Assembly (NCBI GenBank): GCA_033442325.1
Contig: JAWQFM010000018.1
Location: forward strand, 272,195-336,194
From: Salpingoeca rosetta
Taxonomy: Eukaryota; Protista; Choanoflagellata
Direction: 5' to 3'
DNA: 64,000 nt
The notes under the pieces are model-generated. The model searched no databases. It was not told the DNA's origin and was given only the letters and a program-made list of their open reading frames with translations. Below are positions 45,072-58,673 of this stretch, one piece after another. Within the stretch, counting starts at the first letter, position 1. Each line of letters opens with the position of its first letter. The translations under genes and the position numbers were made by a program.

Positions 45072-46900
45072 TTCGTGCAGAGGTGCACTGGGGTGGGCAA
45101 TCGCATGCACCACAGGATCCCATTGTCCCATTATCAGCACCACCACCACCACCACCACCACCACCGCCACCGCCGCAATGCCGCACCAAGCTTGACGTTG
45201 TTTGTTGCCTCGCGCGTCATCTTCTCCAGCATGTCCACAATCGCCTCAAACGTTGGACGCTGCCGCCGGTCGAGCTCCCAGCACATGTGCATGAGCGTGT
45301 GCACGGGGGCGGGGCAGTTTGCCGGCGCATCCATCCGGTAACCTTCCTCCACCTTGCGCACCACCTCAAAGTTGTTCATTGTCCCGTAGGGCTTCTCGCC
45401 AAAGGCCTGAAGAAGCGTTGGGGAGCAGGGAAAGCAGAGGGGAGGGAAGTGCGTTTGTTGGTGAGTTGGTACGTGTGGGTGACAGAACGCGTGGGTGAGA
45501 GAACGCATATGAGGAACGACCACGACGAATAAGCAAACAAGCAAACAAACAAACAAACAAACAAACAAACAAACAAACAAACAAGCAAACAAACATGCGT
45601 GCACGCGGGCCTGCAAGCTTAAAGGGTCGCCTCACCATAATCTCCCACATGACGACGCCAAAGGACCAGACGTCGCTGGATGACGTGTACTTCCTGTGGG
45701 CGCAATGCGGTGATGGCGATCGTAGCAGCGGTGAGGTGGTGTGATGCTGTGAGGAGGGGATGTTGTGGATGGCGCAGACACACACACACACAGACACACA
45801 CAGACACACACAGACATACACAAACAAACAAACAAACAAACAAACAAACAAACAAACAAACAAAACAAGCAAACAAACAAACAAAACAAACAAAACAAAC
45901 GAGTGCACACCTCTGCTGGATGGCCTCTGGGGCGGTCCACTTGATGGGCACCTTGCCGCCTTCCGAGATGAAGTAGTCGGAGCTGTCATCAATCTCTTTG
46001 CTCAGGCCAAAGTCCGCAACCTGCAGCAGGCAGCGCAAAAGGCCAATGAAGATGGTGGTGGTGGTGGTGGTGGTGGTGGTGGTGGTGGTGGTGGTGGTGG
46101 TGGTGGTGGTGGTCAAATCTGATGGCTGCATGTCGAAGGGGTGGACTTGCAGGCAAGGGGCAGAGAGCCAAATACATAGACGCACGCACACACGCGCACT
46201 TGCACGCGCACACACACACACACACGCACTTGCACACACACACACACACATTCATACACACAACACACAACACACACGCACATACATTCATACACACAGA
46301 CACACAACACAGCACGACACGCAGGGCGACCTTGCATGTGAGGTCGTTTGCGACGAGAATGTTGCGGGCGGCGAGGTCGCGGTGCACAAAGCCCTTCTTC
46401 GACAGATAGGACATGCCGAGCGCAACATCAAGCGACATCTGCAGCTGGCGCGTGAGGGGGGTGTCGGTGTGCTTCTGCAGGTAGGAGAGCAGCGAGCCGT
46501 GTGGCATGAGCTCCGTGACAATCATGTTGGGAGTCTTGTCGAGGACAACGCCAAGGAGACCAATGACGTTTGGATGGTTGAACTGGCACATGATGGCGGC
46601 CTCCTTGAGAAACTCAATCTGATCATCGCGCGTTGAGCCCTCGCGCAGCGTCTTCACAGCGCAGTCCACCTGACGCAGAAGGAAAGGGGGGGGGGTTGAG
46701 TGTGTGTGTGCATGAGAGAGAGTGTGTGTGTTGTTGTGTGAGTGTGTGTGAGTGAGTGTGTTGTTGTGTGTGAGTGAGTGTGTGTGTTGTTGTTGTGTGA
46801 GTGAGTGAGTGAGTGAGTGAGTGAGTGAGTGAGTGAGTGAGTGAGTGAGTGAGTGAGTGAGTGAGTGAGTGAGTGAGTGAGTGAGTGAGTGAGTGAGTGA

Positions 46901-46938
<38 letters not shown>

Positions 46939-47419
46939 GGCCAGCAGTCTTTGCGAAAATACATCAACAAACACAACCACACACACACAAATGCACGCAA
47001 TATTTACCTCCTCTGGCTTTGCTGGGTCGAACTTGATGGCTGCGTGGTAGACCTCGCCAAACTCGCCGCTGCCAACACAGGCGATGAGGGTGACGCTGTC
47101 GGAGGGGATGTGACGCGTCTTGCGGCTCACAAGCGACGTCAGCTGCGAAAAGTCCTCATACTTGGACGGGTCCTGTTGAGAGGGGATTGTTAAGTTTTTT
47201 TTTTTTTTTTTTGGGGGGGGGGGAGGCGATGTGAGGATACGGTGGAGTTGAAGGCGTGTGCGATTGAGTGATTGTGTGAAGGAAGAAGATGGCACGTCGA
47301 CTGTGACAGCAGATTGTTTTCCGAGGCATTGCAGTGCAATACACACACCGGTACACACACACAGCGGCACACAGCGGCACACACACACACATACACACAC
47401 ACACATACACACACACACA

Positions 47420-47452
<33 letters not shown>

Positions 47453-48823
47453 GCACGCACACACACACACACACAGACAACACTCGCATAGCTCAACCAA
47501 CGACTGCGGGCGCACCTCGTACATGCCGTCGTCCGCACCAGCGCCGTGGTCAAACTGGTTGTATTGCAGGTTGAGATTCACCCGGTACATGCCGCTCATG
47601 CGCGGCGCCTTCGCCTCAAGTTCGTACAGCGCAGGCGCCGTCTTCCTGTTGCTGCCACCGCCGCTGCGGAGGAAAAAACCCGCGGCAACACCACCCAATA
47701 TGAGCAGCAGCACGCCAAGCGCAATGCCTGCGATGGGCCCCGGCTCCAGGCCACCGGTGCTGCTGCTGCTGCTGCCGCCGTTGGGGTCGGTGGTCGTGCC
47801 TGCGGGTGCTGCCGTGGTCATGGCAGGCGCGCAGTCGCCAGACAGCAGCTTGTAGCCGTCCTCCTCGCACGAGGCAAGGACCGTGTCAGCAGAGGCAAAG
47901 CCTGCGTTGCACGTGCCACTCGCCGCACGGCCAAGGTCGGTTCCAGGCAGCGTGGCATTGAACAGCTCGGCGGTCGGCAGGCACCGCGTGCGCACGACTG
48001 TCACGTTGGCGACGGTCGAGCACGTGCCGCGGTCGAAGAAGACGAGGGACACCTCCGTGACGGAGCGGCGAAGACGCGGTGACATGATGCTGGACTCTAG
48101 GAGGCTCATGCGCGCCAGCGAATTGGTACCGCTGCTCGCCATGTCGCTGAAGAACGTCGCCAAATCGTTGTCCACAACGTACAAGTTGTAGTCGGCCGCC
48201 ATCGGCAGGTTGTTTTCAAGGACCGCCGTGTCCACGACGGCCACCAGCAGCTGGCTGTCGCAGGCACCGTCGGGACACAGGGTGTTGTTCTGTGTAAAGT
48301 CGATGCGGAAGCTTACGTACAGGTCGTCGGGTACGGAGATGGGCGGCGACACGAGCACATTGAACTGCTGTGCGTTGGCGGGCTGAGCCGCGCTGGAGCA
48401 TGTGGCAAAGCCGGAGGGGATCTCGGCCGACCATGCATGCTCGGACACGGTCAGCGGACAGCTTTGCAGCAAGCGAAGACTCGCAGTACTGTCCGCGTTG
48501 TAGCAGAGCCACTCTGTTCGATTCAGCGTAACAGAGTCAAAGTCTGCAGTGTGTGTGTAGTTTTGCGTAGCGGTGAGTGGATGCGGAGCAATCCTTTGCA
48601 TTGAACACAACACCAAGGACGAGTCAGGAAACAACGTGCAAAGAAGTCAAAAACACAGAACAATCGACCCTGCACCAGCACGAGCACCCAAGTAGACACA
48701 CACACACACACACACACCTTTTTGGATCAACTCTTGTGCTGCCGTTGGCTGTGATTGGATGCAAAGTCCCAGGAACAAGGACACCACGGTGACCAGCACG
48801 ACAACGCCACGACACATCATCAT
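43963..48823 (-). CDS. Eph-like receptor tyrosine kinase
   Basis: Signal peptide; Eph LBD/Cys-rich-like ectodomain (LVFFDRGTCSTVANVTVVRTRC); TM PIAGIALGVLLLILGGVAAGFFL; juxtamembrane MYE|DPSKYEDF; GSGEFGEV, EAAIMCQFNHPNVI, HRDLAARN, DFGLS, VPIKWTAPEAI, SDVWSFG; ends ETDI*. Confidence 0.9.
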
Positions 48824-49285
48824 TTCCTGGTGTGGGTTTTGGTTTGTCACGGACAAGACAGGTGTTGTGCTGGGGTGAGGCCTTTGTTGCCACTTGAGCA
48901 CGTGAGAATGGTGTGATGCAGTCGAGGGCCAAGTAGTGTGGGGATGGCTTGGCAGATGGCACTCGTGTGGCCAAGGCACCGCCTGTGCTGATGTGTATGT
49001 GTGTGTGTGTACGGGTGGGGGCGTGTGTGTGTGTGGTGTTGGTTGTCGTCGCACGGCAAACAAAACAAGGCCAAATGGACTCCATTTTATGATGTCGCAG
49101 AGCGAAAAGCAGCGATGGTGGCGTTGGTGGCGTTGTGTGGGTGGCGTTGTGTGGGTGGCGTTGTGTGGAAAGGTTGTCCACCCCGTTGGCTTGCTTGGTG
49201 TGGGGAGTGGTCGGAAACACTGACTTTGCATCCCTGATGACGACCAGCACAAGCGCAAGACTGCAGTCGAGGAACACCAACCGCA

Positions 49286-49525
49286 ATGCGCTGCTTGCTG
49301 CGGACAGGGAGGACAGGCAGCTCGAGCCAGCTGTCCAGCGCACTTGTGGCACGGCTTCTTGCGGCCTTTGTCCTTGGGATGGCCTGCCTCACACAATGCG
49401 CCAACGCACAGAGTGAGTGAGGAAGTCGTGGTGTCATACACTCTTGCTTCCGTGTGTTCTTGTTTGGTGGTTTCCCAGGTCACACACACAGACACACACA
49501 GACAGAGACACAGACGCACACAGAC

Positions 49526-49563
<38 letters not shown>

Positions 49564-49824
49564 ACACACACACGCACACACACCGATCTTCCTGCTCTGC
49601 AAAATGTCCAAACCTGTGACTTGTCTGCGATGTCCTGTCGCCTGCATCTCACACATTGTCACTATGACCTCGCCACGTGTGATGTTTCGGCAGCCCGTGC
49701 TTGCGATGGGGAGGCGTGTCGTGTGAACCGCAACCACACTATCGAGATTTACAACCTCATGGCCAACGATTTCAACCAGACCGAAGTCAGTGCGTGTGCG
49801 TGTGTGTGTGTGTGTGCGTGTGTG

Positions 49825-49901
<77 letters not shown>

Positions 49902-52900
49902 AGACGTAGCATTTGCCTTGCGTGGTTCGCACACAAGCCCTACCTCCGTGTTGGCTCTCTGCCAAGCCTGCTGTTGATCGCGTGCAACGCACCTCGCTGC
50001 AGTTTGAGCAAGCCCTTGTGGCTGCAGCCAACCTGACGGGCGCGAGTGTCGTGCAAGTCACAGTGCGTGAGGCAGACACCGTCTGTGACTCTGGCACGCC
50101 CACTGGCTTTGATGCGCGCACAGACCCAATCACGCGCAGCACGTGTTCCCAGGAGCGGCGTCGCCGAGCAGGCAACGAGACGTTAACGACAATCGCACCA
50201 TCAAACACAACCATGCCTGCAACCATGGCATCCAACTCAACAACAGCAGTGCCTGCCACGATGGCATCAAACTCAACAACGGTGCCTGCAACCATGCCAT
50301 CCAACATGACAACCACGGCCTCAAACACGACCATGCCATCCAACTCAACAGCAATGCCCGCAACGACAGCTGTCAACGCAACCACCACGACGACGACCAC
50401 CACCACGACGACGACGACGACGACGATGGACCCGTGCACGTGTGCTGAGAACCAGTATGTGGTGGAAGCATGCAACGCAACGCAAAACATCACGAGCGCC
50501 ACGTGCGCTGACTGCAGCACATGTGATGCCGGTCAGTTTGTGGCCACAAACTGCCGTGGCATGACAGACACGCAGTGCGGCAACTGTACAGATGGCACGT
50601 TCCAGAGCATGACTGCACACCTGGAAATGTCGTGCAAGCCGTGCACGGACACGTGCGGGAGCGGCACGTTCCTGGCGAGCGCCTGCACGCGCACCATGGA
50701 CACGCAATGCTCTGCGTGCCCGGACAACACGTTCCAGTCCGCAGACAGCCACAACCTGACCAGCTGCACCACTTGCGACACGTGTACCGCTGGCGAGTTT
50801 GCCTTTCGGTAGTGCACCCCGACATCGAACATTGTGTGCAACAACTGCACAGGCTTTACATACCAGGACCTGCTGATGCACAACAGCTCCACGTGCAAGG
50901 ACTGCAGCATGTGCGGTCAGGGCCAGTTTGTTGCCGACGCCTGCACGGCCACGACAAACACCAACTGCAGCGCGTGCACCGGCGCCACCTTCCAGAACAT
51001 GACAAGCCACTATGAGATGGAGTGCCAGGCTTGCTCAATGTGTGGGCAGGGCACGTTTCTCGCAATGGCCTGCAACCGCACGAGTGATGCCATGTGCTCG
51101 CCGTGCCAGGACGGCACCTACCAGGACAGCAGCAGCCACCTGCAGGAGCAGTGCAAGCAGTGCGGCAGGTGCGACCCTGGCCAGCGTCTGTTGTCGCCGT
51201 GCACCGCCACCAGCAACACGTCCTGCGCTGCGTGTAACAGCGGCACGTGGCAGAACGCGACGGGTCACCTCGACCCAACGTGCATGATGTGCTCCAAGTG
51301 TGGGCTCGGCCAGAAGCTCACCACAAACTGCACGCTGACGGCCAACACCGTCTGCACGACGTGCGAGGATGGCACCTTCCAGGACACCGACGACCACACT
51401 TTCGAATCGTGCACAGCGTGCCGGACGTGCGCCGCTGGCGAGGAGTTTGAGTCCAGCCCCTGCACGGCGTCTGCTGACCGCGCGTGCGACCCCATCACCA
51501 CGTGCGATCCCCGGTACTCGCGCGAGCGGTATGCGCCCACGCCAACCTCGGACCGCGTGTGTCTGGACTTCCGCAAGGCCGCGGTCACCGTCATGGTGCA
51601 GGTGGACACGCTGGAGACGGAGATTGACGCCACGCGCGCCGCCATTGAGGCCGCCATCCAGGACGGCAGCAACGGCCCGCTAGCACGCGAGCTGCGCAAG
51701 TTGGACGATGCAGCGTACAACAACACGGAGGTGACGTACCTGCCGCAGGTGTCACGCTTCGACGTGCCCTCGGAGGGCCGGCAATTTGTCTACCTTGATC
51801 TCCAGTTTGCAGCATCATCAACACAATTCGACATCCAGGTCAGAATGACGCCTGTGCGCACGTGTGTGCGTGTGTGCGCGTGTGTGTGTGCGTGTGTGTG
51901 TGGGTGCGCGCGCGTACGCATGTGTGCCTGTGACGTTGTGTGGAGGGGTTTGTGGTGGTGCATGCGTGTGCGTTGTGTGTAGGCGTTTACGGTTGTGCAT
52001 GCGTGTGTATGTGTGTCTGCACGTACACATGCCATCTCGTGCATGTTTCGTTTCGCACCACCGCCCCTTTCCTTTTCTCTGCTGGAACCACACATCCATC
52101 AGCCAACCCCTCCCCCTCCCAACATCATCCCAATGTCGCCATCCCCCTCACACCTTCGTCCCTGCACCCCTGTTCCCTCTCCCCAACGCCACCTGTTTTA
52201 GAAACTCGACCTTCTGGACGTGCTTGGTGCCTTCTTGTTGAACGCGACGGAGGATGCAGACGCAACCGCCACATTTATGGAGCGCAGCACAGTGACCACC
52301 ACAACCACCAACACAACGACAAACGCAACCACGACAACACACTCCACCACGGCGCTGTTCCGTGTGGACGTCGATGCAGCCTTGACCATCACCACAGATG
52401 CCCTGAACGCCATGGCTGCCGCCATTGATGCCGCCAACACCACCTCATTGCAGCGCACCGCTGGCCCCACCGCAAACGGCGAGCCCGTCATGTTCATCCC
52501 CTGCGAGCCCTGTCGGTCCACGACCCACCCGGGGGCTGTACCAGGAGCTCGGCTTCTGCGGCGGCCTGTGTCTGCAGTGCACGGAGTGCTCGCTCGACCA
52601 GTATTTGACGAACGTGTGCGAGGGCACGAGCGACGCGCAGTGCAACGCGCTTCCAACCGAGTTTGAGACAGCGCCCCCTGTGAACGTGGTTGGCGTGAAC
52701 ACCAACCACATTCTCCCAGCCGCCGCGTCGCAACAGCAGGACCAGGCCATGGACGCGTCCATGCGCGTGAACCGCTCGTTTGTGTTCACCAACATCGCCC
52801 CAGGCGAGAGCACGTGGGTCGCTGTCAGTGGCGAGCCCGAGGATGGTGCGCAGATGGTGACCCGACCCCTCGCCCCGGCAGCGCAGGTTGACTGCGCGCC

Positions 52901-55900
52901 CGTCCTCGACAACGTGTATTCGACATACCCGACTGCACAAGTGGTGCTTGCCGCGCTGGACGCCAGCGGGCATTCGCGTGTTGCGCGCAAACGTCACCGT
53001 GCGTTTTGTCGCCGCAGACGACGAGGACGCCGAGGTGACGGCCACCTGCACCATGCCCACAGACGGGCCTGCAGTGTGCAACGCGCGGACCACGTTTGCA
53101 GACGCGTGGTTCTCGTCCGCAGGCCCACGCCTCGTGGACGTCACGTACAAGTACACGACGCCACGCGCAGACGGCGAGGGCTACGAGACCAGCCCCGACA
53201 TGGCGTGCGGACAGCTGACGCTCGGCCCAGCGCAGCAGGAGGTGCTGGGTGTGAGCAGCAACATTGCCGCCGTCGTGACCCCCACCAACAGCGTGTACGA
53301 GAACGACACCGTGGACGTGGCGGTGATTGCCCGCCACGACTGGGCCGTGCACTCGTTTGGCGTCTCGCTCCGCTGCGGCAACTGCCGCATTGAGATGAGC
53401 GAGGCCAACACAGCCGCCTGGAGTATCAGCAGCACCGTCACCACGGACGAAGAGTCGGGCGAGCAAATGCTCGTTGTTGCCGGCATTGCTCGCGACCTCA
53501 CCGACGAGCCAAGGTTTTCTGAGCAGCGGTCCTTTAGCCTGTTCACCGCCACCGTGCACGCTGTGCCTGCTGCAGAGGACAGCATGCTTGTGCTGCGCGG
53601 CAACATTGACTCGTTCCTCCAGGTGCGCAACCGCAGGCCCATTGTTGACACGCGCACGCGCGATGTGAAGCTGCCTGTGCTCGCCAACGACGGCTCCGGG
53701 GTCGACGCCACGTCCTGGACGCAGCCCATCCTGGCCATTGAGCCCGTGCGCGCCCATGTGTTTGTGGGCGGCGGCCTCGGCGTTGTCTTTGACACGGCCT
53801 CCATCACCGACGCCACCACCGACCTCCCCGTGTCGCTCGTTGGCGTGTGGCCGCGCGGCGACGCGCTGCGCAACGTTGCTAATCCCGAAACAGACCTCGT
53901 TGACTGCCAACTTGTCGACATGTCCGCCGTTCTGGATGCTGTATCGTGCAGCGCCGTGTCCTTGGCCCCCTTCACGCCTCAAGACATGCCAACCACGGAC
54001 CCTGTGGAGCTGCAGTTGAGCGTGGGTGGCATGGCGGCCTTTGGAACCGCCAACATTATGCTCATGCGACCCGCCAGCAAGCTCACCATCGCGCCGCCTG
54101 GCGACATCAGCAGCGACACCACCGTGGTGCTGCGTCCCATCCGGGAGGTCAACGCCACCAGCAACGCGTGTGCTGATGTGCAGTTCATGTCCTCGTGGCT
54201 GCAGGTGTCGGCGTCCTTCCCCAATGGCGTGACGCTTGATGTCACCGGCATCGCTGCAATGACCACAAGCAACTCGAATGTGGCCACCATCGACACAGCA
54301 ACCAGCGTCGTGTCTGGCGTTGGCGCTGGGTCTGCCTCTTTTGTGTGCACCAACAACCATGACTGCGCAGACACCACCATCTCCGTGATGAGCGATGTCC
54401 CTGCTGTGGCGCTCGGCGTGCGTGCGTACGCCGTTGGCGGCGCCACTTTTACCGCCACGATCAACGACGCAGGCAACCTGTGGGTCTCGGCTGCGGTCAG
54501 CGTGTCGAGCAGCAACCTTCTCCGCTTCACCAGCAGCGCCAACGCGGCGCGCCTTCACGTGGCCGCCGTCGTCATGGAGCAGGTCACGGACAACAGGCAG
54601 CAGCTGGCGCTCGCGCCAGCTGCAGTCGCCTTTGCCAGCGACAACACGGACGTGGCAACTGTGGCGCAGAGCAACGATGACCCGGCAACCGTCACCACCA
54701 CGGCAACCTCGGGCCTTGCTGCCATCACCGCCCAGTGGCCGAAGGCCACATGTGCAAGGAAGACGTTTGAGGCCGCCGTGAATGTGACCACGACAGATGC
54801 CACTGTCGTGTCCATCGCCGTGTCGCCGACAAGCGTTGACTTGGTCGTGCCCTTTGCCAACGCAGGCGCAGCCGAGGCTGTGACAGGGCTGCCGTCATCG
54901 GCCGCCTTCACCGTCACCCGCACCCTCAGCGACGGCAGTGTTGAGACCGTGACGTCTGCCAGTTTCACGTCTGCCGATGAGAACTGTGGTGACTTCACAG
55001 GTATGCTAGCGCTGGAGACAGATGCCGTTGCCAGCGAGTGCACGTACACCACGGTTGACGGCGACCTCATGGCCTCTGTCACCGTGAACAAGTACGCGCT
55101 CGATGCTGTGCGCATGACGGTGACGGCCCGTGGTGTTGAGGGCTCGGCCACACACACGTCTGGCGCTGCCGCTGCAGAGCAGTTTGAGGTCCCGCCAATT
55201 GGCGCCGGTGCCACAGCCTGGCCAGCGCTCACTGCCAGCTGCGTTGCCGTGTTCAACACGACCAAACAGGACATGGCAGTGACGGTACAGCTGCGACAGG
55301 TTGCCACAATGGCGCAGGCCGTGTTTGCCTCCAGCTTCACCGCTGCCAACGACGACCAGCAAGATCAGGAGGACGCTGCGCTAGCCCTGCAGCCAGCTGA
55401 CGCCAGCCTGCAGATCACCACAAGCATTGCCGGCAACGCCACGCTCTCCGCAACCTTTGGCGGTCTCACGGCCACCACCGCCGTCCTGTTTGCTGCGGGA
55501 GACGATGCATCGCTCCCTCTGAGCGTGACGGGCGCCAGCGTGGCTGATGTTGTGGCCAATGCAAACGGCACGTTCCCTCTCCTTGGCCGGGTGAATGCCA
55601 CGTTTACGCTCGACATTGCTGCCGAGGTGACCGGCGAGCCACTGTCGCCAGGGCAGGTGCGTCTTGATGACGGCTCTCTCGCCATCCGATCCCTCGTCAC
55701 CTTCACGTCCAGCAACACGGATGCCCTGAGCGTGGACGCACACGGCATCATCACCCTGCACGATGGCAGCGCGACAGAGGTGACCATCGGCATCGCCGTG
55801 AACGGCACCGTGCAGGCCACTGTCACCTGCCTTCCGTCCCTCCTGCCCGCAGAGGGTGCTGGCAGCTTTGGGCCGCACGGCGTCTCTGCCGCGTCCTTCT

Positions 55901-58627
55901 CGCGCGTGCGTGTTCCTCTTCACGTTGAGGCGGAGAACCTGCGTGCAGCCGTGCTCAGCCTGACGTACGACCCGGCCCTCCTTACGCTGGCCACGGTGGA
56001 GCTTGGCTCGGACGTGCAGTTTGCGTTCCTCGACTTCAACGTGCGTACGCCTGGTGAACTGAGCGTGTTTGTCGTCATCCCCGGCAATGCCATCACCAGC
56101 GACGACCTTGAGCTCGGCGTGGCCGTGTTTACCACCCGCAACCTCACCACCACCAGCCCGCAGCTCTCGCTCGGCGGCTCCGTGGTTGAGGTGGACGCCA
56201 ACGGCAACCCGAGCCTGGTTGAGCTTGATGCCACCACGTCCTCGCTGTCTGTGGAGACCACCCCGATGATGATGACACGTCGCCGCCGCAGCAGCCTGAC
56301 AAGCGACGGTGCTGCCGACCTTGAGCTTGACGCTGCAGCCATGGTTGCTAACACGCTTGCCCGCCGTCGTCGCAGCGGCCCCCGCGGCACCCTCACGACG
56401 GTGCTCGCCAACCACCCGACCTTTGACATGAACGGCGATGGCGTGTTGGACGTGCTGGATGTGCTGATGCTGTCCGATGTGTACAGCGGCCGGCTGACCG
56501 AGAACGACCTTGCAGAGGGCGCAGACGCGGACACCAACAGCGACGGCATCGTTTCCTTTGACGACGTGTCCTTCCTGCTGTCTTTGGCGGCGGGTCGCCT
56601 GGTTGCGCTGCGGCGTGTGGCCGTCACACCCGTGCAGGCCGCAGACTCCGATTGCATGCTGTCCTTCAACGTGAGCGTGCTGCTGACCAACATCACCCTG
56701 TCCACCCCCAAAGGCGACGACACGCGCCTGTATCTCGACGTGGCTGGAGTCGCCTCCAGCAGTGACTTTGATGCTACCTTTGCTGCGGCCTCCACTGCCC
56801 CTGGTCCGAACTTCAAGTTTGTGCGCATCCCGTATGCCCGCACCAACAGGACGGAGGACACGGGCGCATACTTCCTGCAGGCGTCAACACCGCTTGCCTC
56901 CAGCGACCAGCTTGGCGTGAGCGTGCTGCAGGTTGATGGCAGCGGCGCGTACAACTTCCACACGCGCCAGGACATGATTGTCAACAACACGCTTGATGCC
57001 TCCTTCGACGTCGACGGCACCAACGTCTCCCTCTTCCTGCCGTTTGGCTATGCACCAATTCGTGCGTTCACCAACACGATGGACACGCCCACCTGTCTTG
57101 CGCAGCGCCGGCCCGTCATCACCGACTTCACCCGCCCTGACCCGGATGCCATGAACGTCGTTGACGGCTACCTCTTGCTGCTGGACTGGACGGCGCCACC
57201 CACGCCGCCCAACGCCATCACGCGCTACTTTGTGCAGTACCGCGACCTCAACGTCACAGGCGCGCCCGTGATTGAGAAGAGCGTGGATGGCAACACGCTG
57301 CACCTTGACCTCACGGACCAGATCCTGCCGTATCACACATACGAGGTGCAGGTGCAGGCCGAGTTTGGCAACCGTCGCAGTGTCATCTCCACACCCGCAA
57401 CCGCGCAAACGCATCAGGTGTGTGTGTGTCGCGTGTACTGGTGTGTGGTTGTGTGTGTGTGTGTACTTGTGTGTGTGTGTACTTGTGTGTGTGTGTGTGC
57501 TATGTGTGCTGTTGTGTGTGTTGTGTGTGTTGTGCGTGCAATAGACGCATTGCTTGTGTTGTGGCCACTCGTCCTGCTGTTGCTTACACCCTTGTGATGA
57601 ATCGCTCAATTCTCCATTTATCTGAACTCCTCCCCCCTCCTCCTCCTTTGCTTTGCACCTGGCGTGTGCCCTTCGTTTGACTTTGCCCTGTACTCACGCG
57701 ATGTTGTGGCCAACACCTTTAGGACACGCCCAACATGCCACCGCAACTTGACGCCGTCGCCGTGATCAACGCCACTGCGGTGAATGTCACGTGGACGCCC
57801 CTTGATGAGACTGACCTCAACGGCGTTGTGCAGTATCTCGTGCTCGTGCAGCGGCTGGATGATGAGCCAAACGCCGACCCGAACGCGCCCAGCCAATTTG
57901 TGCGCACGGTCAACCACCCTGTATCATCAACTATGTTTACCGGCCTCGAGGAGAGCGTGAAGTACAACGTGACCCTCCAGGCGCGCACCAACGTGGACAC
58001 TGGCTTTGCCATCTCTGCCACAGAGTTTTACCTCCCTGCGATTGTGTTTGAGACGGGTGATGTACCACCTGACCCACCAGAGTTGGTGTCCATCGTCCCT
58101 TCAGACACGTCGTTCACCATCACCTGGGAGGCGCCTCCTCCCGAGACGCACAACTCAGACCTCGTTGCATACCTCGTGCGTGTGCGTCGTGCCGCTAGCA
58201 CCACGTATGCCGACAACACAACCATCACGGACGCTGACTTTGGTGGCGCTGACGACTGGCACGTGTTCCGATACAGTGCACAGACGTTCACCAAGGAGTT
58301 CACCACCCTCGATTTCGTGAATCTGCTTCATCCCGCCATTGTGTACGAGTTCCAGACGCAGACGGAAGGCACCTCTAGCTTGTTCAGCCCATGGTCCGAG
58401 ACTTACACCGTTCGCCTGCTCGAATCAGGTTTGTGTGATGTGTGCGTGTGAAATGTGTGTGCGAGTTGAACTTAGGCGACATGGTGTGCACTACATGCAT
58501 ACGTCGCTTACCTCGCGCTTTCGTCGCTGTTGCTGTTCCTCGAGTCGTTCGTGACTGCTGGTGAACTTCCCAGTCACAGGCACAAGCACACGCATATGCA
58601 AGTTGTACTGTCATACTCTCACTCTCA

Positions 58628-58673
<46 letters not shown>

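Noticed and set aside
52512-52544. Mini-intron explaining the frameshift
   Set aside because: The GT-AG pairs checked give 33 or 29 nt, neither of which restores the frame.
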